Positions 34,561 through 43,538 of a stretch of 43,538 nt of DNA are shown in pieces. The notes under the pieces were generated by a model. It ran no database searches, had not been told where the DNA came from, and saw nothing but the letters and a program-made list of their open reading frames with translations. The DNA is from Octopus bimaculoides. Its lineage: Eukaryota. Numbering within the stretch: position 1 is the stretch's first letter; the number at the start of each line of letters is the position of its first letter. The translations under genes were made by a program, and so were the position numbers. Location: assembly GCF_001194135.2 (NCBI RefSeq), contig NC_068984.1:56510285-56553822 (forward strand), written 5' to 3'.

Positions 34561-35082
34561 NNNNNNNNNNNNNNNNNNNNNNNNNNNNNNNNNNNNNNNN
34601 NNNNNNNNNNNNNNNNNNNNNNNNNNNNNNNNNNNNNNNNNNNNNNNNNNNNNNNNNNNNNNNNNNNNNNNNNNNNNNNNNNNNNNNNNNNNNNNNNNNN
34701 NNNNNNNNNNNNNNNNNNNNNNNNNNNNNNNNNNNNNNNNNNNNNNNNNNNNNNNNNNNNNNNNNNNNNNNNNNNNNNNNNNNNNNNNNNNNNNNNNNNN
34801 NNNNNNNNNNNNNNNNNNNNNNNNNNNNNNNNNNNNNNNNNNNNNNNNNNNNNNNNNNNNNNNNNNNNNNNNNNNNNNNNNNNNNNNNNNNNNNNNNNNN
34901 NNNNNNNNNNNNNNNNNNNNNNNNNNNNNNNNNNNNNNNNNNNNNNNNNNNNNNNNNNNNNNNNNNNNNNNNNNNNNNNNNNNNNNNNNNNNNNNNNNNN
35001 NNNNNNNNNNNNNNNNNNNNNNNNNNNNNNNNNNNNNNNNNNNNNNNNNNNNNNNNNNNNNNNNNNNNNNNNNNNNNNNNNN
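34561..35082. other. Assembly gap (N run)
   Basis: 522 N. Confidence 1.
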
Positions 35083-35290
35083 ACGTGACCTTATTAAGGG
35101 CTGTGATTGGTCAGTTTGCGTTCTGGCGGGAAAGGTTCGAAGAATTTGCCGCTTCAAATAATAATCAGTCACGTGATGACAAGGCTGGTGTTTTCCACTA
35201 CGCTCACTTGTTTATATTTAAATGAGAAGATTGTATGTAATGGCGATAGCAGTTTTGTATCTAATGGCGATACGTAGTTTCACTACATCA
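35083..35290. promoter_or_regulatory. CpG-rich promoter-like region
   Basis: acgtgacc (35083, cut by the gap), ATTGG/CCAAT (35106-35110), E2F-like GGCGGGAAA (35125-35133), E-box GTCACGTGAT (35168-35177) and two taatggcgata YY1-like copies (~35238, ~35262). Confidence 0.6.
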
Positions 35291-35455
35291 GTTACGTTCT
35301 ATGTAATATTGGTACATTTATTCTTTCTAGCTAAAAAAAAATTTCATTTTTTTTTTTTTTATCTAACTCAGTAGTGTGTTCAGCATTGCTTTTTATTTTA
35401 CCATTTTTCTTTTAATGTTTTAAGAATTAAAAGAAAAGTTATTGCTCATCATAGA

Positions 35456-35780
35456 GCAAATGTTTTCAACCACTATGCCGCAACATTTTTGGGTGCCATG
35501 TATGGCCTGCAGATGTGCCGCAGATTTTTGGTGTGAGTTGGAAGATGCTAGAATATTTTGAAAACTTTGGCATTTTTAATGCTCTACTATACATATGCAC
35601 ATACTACTGTGTGTGTATAAATTCCTTTGTGATAAAATGCAATGTATGTATCCATCCTTGTTTTGAAACAATTCCAGTAATTTTTTTCTGTAAAGAAAAC
35701 TTTTTAAAAAAGCTGACGATGCATTCTAATACTTTTGGTGCCTTATGTGGTGAAAAAAAAAAGTTGAAAATTGATTGTTG
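35456..35780. mobile_element. Decayed hAT-type MITE
   Basis: caaatgttttcaaccactatgccgc start and aagttgaaaattgattg end resemble CAGTGTTTTTCAACC-type TIRs; no clear TSD. Confidence 0.45.
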
Positions 35781-35949
35781 GATTAAGATAGAAAAAATAC
35801 TGCTCACGCAGAATGCATTTTTCTACTGCCACCTCTGACAGTAAATTACTTACTAATTGACATAAAACTAATTAAAGTTGTCACTCAGAATTGAGGATGA
35901 CTTGGTAGCATGTACCATGTGTTCACTAATTGTTTTAGGTGCCTGTGTA

Positions 35950-36175
35950 GTTGTGAACAGACAATGACACTTCCTTGGTTCTTTTGCTCTTGACTCAGTG
36001 GAATAGTGAGGATGGAGATAACTGGAAGAGAGAGAGCCACCGGTACTGCGATGGTACTCAATTCAGCTGAATGAACTGGAGCATTATGAAATAAAGTGCC
36101 TTGCTCAAGGACATGATGTGCTGCTTGATTGAAATCATGACCTTATGATTGTAAGCCCAATGCTGTTAGGCTGCA
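35950..36175 (-). mobile_element. tRNA-derived SINE (decayed)
   Basis: cagctgaatgaactggagc...aaataaagtgccttgctcaaggac...gattgaaatcatgacc, reverse of 42745-42810 plus a tRNA head. Confidence 0.6.
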
Positions 36176-37176
36176 CACCTTTGTAACCGACATTAATGTC
36201 CTTTTAAAAGACCACTAATGTGGAAACACACACACATACTCAAAATGACAACATATAAACAAACAAAAAAAAAACAGACTCCATTATAATTCATACATTT
36301 GTTTCTCAAACAGTGAAGACCTGTTTTTAGAGCTTCTTTTATGGTTGAACAACTTTTCTAAATCTAAAAATATCCCATCTGTAAAATTGTTTCTGGCCAC
36401 TTGTTCTGACATGTCAATTACTCTCTTAGTTATCATCTTATAACATTTAACATAGACTGTTACATGTCTTATCTGAATATACTGAAGTGCAAAACATTTT
36501 ATATAACTTCTGCCTCACTTTTTTCCTGCATTCAGTGTTTTATATTTATATATTTACTTTTACTGAAAGATAGAAGCAAAAAATTCTGTCATTGTTCATT
36601 TAGAATTATACCTTAATTCCTTCCTGCATATTTTACATTCCTTTCCAATTTCTTTTTGGAAAATCTTTTACATATTCTTCCTCCTTGCCTGGAAACTTTA
36701 AGCTTTTATGCATGACATTAGATTTTATTTAAAAGATAATCTCTACACTGCAATGGATAAAGAAGAATGTGCAGACAGAATTCTATGACTCAGATGTCAT
36801 TGACAAACAATAGATTGGTTGTGGTCACATTCCTAGAGTCAGCATGACATGATACAATGATCTACCTAATGATTGTACATGTATTTGCTGTATTTCATCA
36901 TCAACATATTCCTGGAGTTATTTGGCTTCATGAAAACTGGGTAGAAAATTTAACTTTTGGTTATAATCAATAAAAACTTACAACTCAACTTTTGTGAGTA
37001 ATGTCAGATAACTCCACAAGTATTTCCTTTATTTTTCATTTTTTATTTAACTCTTGTATACTCTTAATTATATTTCATACATTTTCGTTTTTAAATTTCT
37101 CTATATAAGTACTAATATCCTTCCAAAGTGAGTAATTTGTGGTTCTTTGTGAATTCCACTGATACCTGAAACTTAC

Positions 37177-37186
37177 TCTTGGATCC
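37177..37186 (-). CDS. Candidate microexon, 10 nt (or 21 nt to 37166)
   Basis: Acceptor atatttttttacag, exon GGATCCAAGA, donor gtaagt. An alternative donor CAG|gtatca gives 21 nt (GSKSKFQ). Confidence 0.3.
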
Positions 37187-37284
37187 CTGTAAAAAAATAT
37201 TTGTCTCATCATTCACTTTCACATGGAATCCCCCCATTAAAAATACAATATACACATATAGTTTTTCTGTTGTTGATGCCACAA

Positions 37285-37640
37285 ATGCATCTCTTTTCTG
37301 ATTGAGTACACCAAAACCAATTGTACACCCATTCACTAGTTACCTGACTGGACATGAACGCATTAATACTCACACCAAATCTATTACTCAAGCTTACAAA
37401 AGAACCTTTATACATTTGCACAACCCACTAGAAATAGCAGTTAACTCTCCTTAAAATGCACCTTTTTTTTCTGTTTGGGTACAGCTGTACACCAGCATCA
37501 GTTGTACTCCCATTCACTAGTTATCTGACTGGTCATGAACACATTAATAGTCACACTAAATCTATTACTCGAGCTAACAAAGGAACTTTTATACATTTGC
37601 TCAACTTGCTAGAAATAGCAGTTAACTCTCCTTCAAATCA
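37285..37640 (+). repeat. Two-copy diverged tandem duplication (period ~181 bp)
   Basis: ccattcactagtta at 37329 and 37510; both copies continue to ctagaaatagcagttaactctcctt. Confidence 0.9.
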
Positions 37641-40444
37641 CACCCTTCTAAAAGACATTGGATAGTGTAGTCCATCATTCATAATGTCTAATGGAATTAT
37701 CATGACTGGAATATCTTTTTGATCATAGATCTCTTGGATCATGGCTAAACAACTTGCATTAGTTATAAACATCACCAGAGAATACTGCTTCATGCCATAT
37801 ATCACACTCAGTAATGTTACCACCCAGCATACAGAAACCACTAACATTTTAATTATCACTTCGATGCCATTTACACAATACACAGAAGATATAATAGCCA
37901 AATCACAAAATTGAATAAATATTTTGTGAATAGTCACAATACATGATCAAAGCAAGGAAAATATGGCACTAGTTTACACTGTATCAAGTCCATTATAGAA
38001 TATACTTATTTGGTTCACAATCTCTCTATGATAAACTACAATGTATTAAAAACAATCTAAAACAATGCTCTCTTTATTATAACAGGCTGCATCTCCCCAT
38101 CCCACTTATTGATTATTTACACAATGAAACTAAGATGCTTAAATTAAAAGACGTGTTAGATGAGCAATTCACAGCTGCATTCAGTTCCAGTTGTTGAACT
38201 ATATAAACAATTACTTCCAAACACCTATATACATTAGCAACACACCAGAAACAATTCCTGAAATACTATTGTAAATTCATTATTTCTCCCATCTGATTTA
38301 AACAAACTGCACATACTCACCAAACAGCCACAAAATCAATTTCCTGCTTTGGATCAAACTTGGAATTAGGTGACCAACTGCCTATTATAAATTTACAGGA
38401 ATTGAATTTACCTCCATGCAACTAATTATCCCTTGAATTTCTGGTTACTATGAAATATGATAGTCAGAAAGAAAAAAATTGTATTGGATATAATCTCTGA
38501 TTCCATAATATACCCTACACTTCCAAAAGTTGTATGACAAAATATGTAATATAGTCTTGTTCCAGTTAAAGCATGTGCAATGATTGGATGTTCTCCCACA
38601 TCAGTGATCTGCTCCTGCAAAAGCATTACATTGTCACAAATGGTTACATAATAAAAGGTACATTCTCTTTTTAGACTGAAATTTCTCATAAGCAGTGCAG
38701 GTGAATGTTATGTGAAAATGTCAGAAATAATTTTAAAAAGATTTTGGCAGCATTTGTGGAAGTCTTCATGCAGTTATATCTTTTATGAATAAAATGAAAA
38801 CTTTGGTTTCTATATTGGTGAAACTTTTTCACATGACTAACATTAAAACAGAAGATTTCTGTAGTTATGTCCTGCTCATAAATCTTCTATAAGTCACTTT
38901 AAAGTTTTACAATTGCTAGCAATTGCCATTGGCATCTCATTATTATTATTTTTTTGCATGTGATACCATGCTATTCTTTCAAGGAGATAACTGCATGAAA
39001 GTGAATACATCCAAAGCTAATCACATTGTGGATATATTTGAAATCTGATATACCTGTTTCATTTTTTAGCTTCGGTACATTGTGTTAAATGTACTGTTGT
39101 ACTATTGGCTATTGTTTCCCAGTTATATTTTAAGAAGAATTATGTGCAGCATTTATTTTGAAATGCAAATTATAAACAAAATTTTTTTCATATTTTGTAT
39201 ATGTGCTTGTATGTGTATCTAGCTATTCATTTATTCATAAACATACACATGCACAAGCACACACTTTCACCCCCACTCCATACATCAAGAGAAGAAGAGA
39301 ATGTTTGTGTGTGTGTGTGTGTGTGCATGTATAAGTATTTTTGCATGCATGATCTACTTGTTAAGTTTAAACCATATAATTGCATAGTATTAGAAAGCTT
39401 CTTTTAATATCAGCTATGAAATCAATATCTTCTAGAAAGAAATCATGTCCTGGGCTTCCCTTTTGAACTTCAAGGGAAATAGAATAAAATCAGTTTAGAA
39501 CTGGTAATATTTCAACTTTTTTTTTCCTTCTTTTCAACGTTGTTGTGAACACTCCATTGTTTGCATAGTATGGAAAGTACAGCATCATTACTGAACTAAT
39601 GTTAGCATCCAGTTAAAAAAAAATCTTGTTCTAGGATCCTAGATCTATCTACTCTGATAAAATCGCATTCACAGTGCACAAACACATTGTAATGTAAATT
39701 CCTCATTTCTACAACCCTTTATTCAAATAACATCATTTCTAAAAACATAAAGAAACAGATTGTATCCTACAAACACTGCCCAACATACTACTCACACATG
39801 GATGTGTTTCTACTAACAACTCTCTATTTAAATGGATAATGAAGTCCAAATTATCAGTTAATACCACCATCTTGTTAATGGGTGTTCAGTTAGTCATTGC
39901 CCCCAAATAGTGCTGGTTAAATCTTATCTGAGATATGTGCATGTGTTTTGTGTGAAGGAACTTATGGAGATTTTCTGAAAAACTGAAGTAACTACCATTA
40001 TTGCTGAGGTATATTTTCATTTTAGTATATCAGTTAATACTTGTATCATACTTGTATCAAATTTCCTTCATAATCCATGTTGCCACTGTTTATAAAATGA
40101 TATCTATCTTTCGTTATCTATTAAAAATAAAGCAGTGGATATATTTTTACACTTTTTGGTAATTATATATGATGCATCCGTTGTTAAGGTGTGTTTGCTC
40201 AGTAACTGGATCAGATTTCATGGGAAAAATTAATTGCTTCCATGCATGCTTTAAAAGTAATTTATTTTTCTGTTTTACTAGGGGACCTGAAGAATCAATT
40301 TCTTTCATATTCTAATCAAAATACTACATAGAGAAAATATTTTATGATTGGGTTATGAGCAAAAATGTGCAATAGTAAATTTTCAGAATGCTTTCTTTAC
40401 AATGAGTTAAAGTGTTTTGATAATATTATCTTCTTTTAAATTTC

Positions 40445-40800
40445 AGTGCATGTGAAGGCACATGACCTAATGTTTGCCTCCCAACTGTCAGGTTGTGGGT
40501 TTGATTCCTGGACTAGGTGGCATGTTGTGTTCTTGAACAAAACACTTCCTTTCACATCACTGTGGTGTTGTGTGGGAACTGACATGTCAAAGAATAGACT
40601 CATTGTTTCCTCTGTGTGTCATAAAAGGTGACTAAAAGAGTTTGAAGTAGGATTGCACCCCAATCTCATAAAACCCTCACTAGCAATGACTACCCAAACA
40701 GACACATGAGTTGGAAAGTTGTCACCTGAGTGGTGCAAAGGTGTCATCTGCCATGACCAATAAATGGTGGATAAAGCAATGTGCTGTTACAGCACCTCCT
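40445..40800 (+). mobile_element. Decayed tRNA-derived SINE
   Basis: gtgaaggcacatgacctaatg (A-box-like), gggtttgattcctgg (B-box), ttcttgaacaaaacactt core. Confidence 0.55.
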
Positions 40801-41176
40801 TCTATACTACTAGTACTCTACTACTACTACTATTACATGTTCATTTATCCAAACAGGCAAGAATTGTATTTGCGTTTTCAATCATTACATGATTACTTAC
40901 TGCAATAAAAATTGCATCATTTTGAAGAAATATTAACCTGGCAGAAATGGTCAAGTGACAGACAAACTACTTTGTTATTTGGTATTTGGTCAAATATTCC
41001 ACCCAGGTCCACTTTCAGCATTCCATTTCATTAAAATAAGTAATGGGGTGAAAGTCAATGTAATAATGATTACATTGTGCAACAAAATTGAATTTTTCTT
41101 TTGTCTTTGGTCAGTAAGTGTTATTTCCTTCTATCTAGAAATCAAAGGAAATTACTACTATTCCCTTTAAACTTAC

Positions 41177-41207
41177 CTTTTCTAACCTGGACATCAATGT
41201 TTTGAAG
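41177..41207 (-). CDS. Candidate short exon with perfect donor
   Basis: AAG|gtaagt donor. The acceptor (aaaatatgtcag) is weak. Open as LQNIDVQVRK or FKTLMSRLEK. Confidence 0.2.
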
Positions 41208-41849
41208 CTGACATATTTTCCATTACATTTTAGACAGATTCAGTACTGAGTTACTGAAGCAGAAATATCATTATAGCAAATATTCTGCTCAATAACACAG
41301 ATTTGCTTGTCAGTTGCTTGAGCTTAACCATTTGAACATGTCTCTTAGTGGCTGACAATGTGTGCATCTCTGATCATGACTAGGAGTTGTTGGGGAATGG
41401 TATGGCCATGTGTTGAGAGGAATTCTTTGGGATTTGAATAAATGTAGCAGAAGTAAAGTTTGAAGCCATTTTTCATACTTTTTAGGGGTTAGCAAATAGG
41501 AAATAACAGTTGCTATCCAAGGACAAAAATTGTGTTACACAGTATTATAAACTAGATAGTGTTAGATTGTGTCCCAGCACACCAACTACATCTATTGACT
41601 TAAACCTGCAAAAGAATAAAAGGGTAAAAAAGCATATGTGTTTAGTATTTGAATATATTTTACTTCCCTAAGAATTTTGTTGCTGTGCGATTATGAATTG
41701 CATTTCACATTTTATGTAAGCTGCTTTTTTTTTTTTTTGTAATCTTTTTGTGCAGCTCAGTGATCACATCATGTTGAATGGAGCTGGTGTGGTGTACTTA
41801 GTATCTAAAGAACTTGTTAAAAATGCAACATTCAGAAATAAATGTTTTG

Positions 41850-42222
41850 TGTTTACTCTTTTACTTCTTTCAGTCATTTGACTGCGGTCATGCTGGAGCA
41901 CCACCTTTAGTCGAGCAAATCGACCCCAGGACTTATTGTTTGGAAGCCTAGTACTTATTCTATTGGTCACTTTTGCCAAACCGCTAAGTTACGGGGACGT
42001 AAACACACCAGCATCGATTGTCAAACGATGTTGGGGGGACAAACACAGACACACAAACACACATATATGTATATACATATACATATATACGATGGGCTTC
42101 TTTTAGTTTCCATCTACCAAATCCACTCACAAGGCTTTGGTTGGCCCAAGGTGCCACGCAGTGGGACTGAACCCGGAACCATGTGGTTGGTAAGCAAGCT
42201 ACTTACCACACAGCTGCTCCTA
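41850..42222 (-). mobile_element. Well-preserved tRNA/CORE-like SINE
   Basis: Minus-strand tRNA head (gttccgggttcagtcccactgcg), CORE-like ccttgggc, microsatellite linker and 3' part ending actgaaagaagtaaaagag. It resembles octopus OK/OR-type SINEs (recalled). Confidence 0.85.
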
Positions 42223-42377
42223 CACCTAATATGTTTGTTTATATTTATTTCTCTAAACATTATTGGAAAATATTTGCACTGCTTCATACCAGTTGTTTCT
42301 GAGATTACAGAGCAAACATTTAAACTAACAAGAGATGCTAGCATGACTCTGTAATTAAGAAGTTCATTTTGAAATTA

Positions 42378-42560
42378 CATGATTTTGGGTTTAATCCCAC
42401 TGTGTGGTATCTTGGGCAAATGTCTTCTACAATGTCCTTGGATTGACCAAATGCTAATGTGTGAAATTGTACAGAAACCTATTATGTGTGTGTGTGTGTG
42501 TGTTTGGTTCTGTTGACACTGTTTGGGTAGTAGTGATATTTGTTTATGTCCCATAGTTCA
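42378..42560 (+). mobile_element. Decayed CORE-like SINE
   Basis: gggtttaatcccactgtgtggtatcttgggcaaatgtcttctac...(TG)n...gttgacact...tttatgtcccatagtt. Confidence 0.65.
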
Positions 42561-42734
42561 ATGGTTTGAGATGTGAAGATTGAGTACTTGGAAACAAGTA
42601 AGGGCTGGTGTTAGCAAGAGTATCCACCTGTAGAACACTGCCTCAGATAGTTTCATCAATCTCATGTGAACATGGAAGAAGTGAATGTAAAGTGACAATA
42701 ATGATGAACACAAGAGTAAAAAAAAAAGAGAGCC

Positions 42735-42945
42735 CCTTTGGGCTGTGTCTGGTATTCTTGAACAAGACACTTTATTTCACATTGCTCCAGTTCACTCAGC
42801 AGCAGAAATGAGTTGCGATGTCACAGGTACCAAGTTGTATCGGCCTTTGCTTTTCCCTTGGATAACACTGGCGTGGAGAGGGGAGACCAGTATGCATGGG
42901 TGACTGCTGATCTTCCACAAACAACCTTGCCCAGACTTGTGCTTC
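42735..42945 (+). mobile_element. SINE body fragment
   Basis: ttcttgaacaagacactttatttcacattgctccagttcactcagc...aaacaaccttgcccagacttgtgc. Confidence 0.65.
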
Positions 42946-43022
42946 AGTCTGGGCTGGGAATCAAATTCACAACTTTACGATTATAAGCCTGATGCTCTGA
43001 CCACTGAGCCATGCACCTTCAC
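42946..43022 (-). mobile_element. tRNA-like SINE head
   Basis: gggaatcaaattcacaac (B-box rc) and ccactgagccatgcaccttcac (A-box rc). Confidence 0.65.
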
Positions 43023-43538
43023 AAAATACAAAAGAGTAGACACCAAGTTCTTTTGTTATTTATGGTGGGATATGTTATGTAAGAGTAGATGACAATAGAA
43101 ATGTTGCCATAAAGATATTATGAATTGCATCAATTTCAGTTGTTCAGAAATGCATACAAAGACCATGGTCATTTCCTCTCTTCCTCTGATTGTTGCAACT
43201 GAAATTGAAAATTGATAATTTGTATCCTGTCATTAGTCTTGCAGTGGATGATTTTCTTTCAGTAGTCCTATCAATTTTGCTACTAAACACTTGTTGTTTA
43301 GCCCCTAATCAGGCAGTCCAGCCATTGCTAACTCTTATTCTTGTATTACATAATAATTATGATTCTTAGTGGGTATCTGTGGATTATCCACAGATATAAA
43401 TATCCTATTTTATAGGTAATTGTTTGCAATAAACTGAATGGAAAGAGAAAGATTAAACATGATACATAGTCCTTTATACCATTTGATAATTTTGAGACAA
43501 CACCGTCACCGAGTTCTCAGCATGTAAACATTGCTCGT

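Noticed and set aside
37320-37560. C2H2 zinc-finger reading of the tandem unit (TSYLTGHERINTHT)
   Set aside because: No Cys pair, and differences between copies are not biased to synonymous sites
1-43538. CRISPR arrays, rRNA or prokaryotic operons
   Set aside because: Eukaryotic repeat landscape with no regularly spaced repeat-spacer array or rRNA-like sequence

Overview
AT-rich, repeat-dense eukaryotic genomic DNA. The repeat families look like those of an octopod/coleoid cephalopod; this is inferred from recognised SINE and RTE motifs, not from a database search. There are two assembly gaps (28007-28375, 34561-35082). No intact protein-coding gene is supportable, and almost all ORF-track entries are spurious or transposon fragments. 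The window is mostly decayed mobile DNA. (1) A Ty3/Gypsy remnant (5920-8854) with gag knuckles, protease and integrase but no RT/RNase H, plus a PPT and 3' LTR. (2) RTE-type LINE fragments; one (17787-19989) carries a C4HC3 PHD-like finger inside its RT ORF. (3) An L2/CR1 RT fragment. (4) A complete-ended hAT (Buster/Charlie-type) element (25085-28948) with an 8-bp TSD, containing nested Penelope-like, SINE and Merlin-like pieces. (5) Several hAT-type MITEs with TSDs, many tRNA-derived SINE copies and microsatellites. Two degenerate hammerhead-ribozyme-like cores occur, one behind the Penelope ORF and one in a 136-bp TSD-flanked insertion. A CpG-rich promoter-like patch (E-box, CCAAT, E2F, YY1-like motifs) abuts the second gap. 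A few small minus-strand exon candidates suggest a possible large-intron host gene that I cannot identify. I found no convincing new biological system; the best leads are transposon-architecture oddities.
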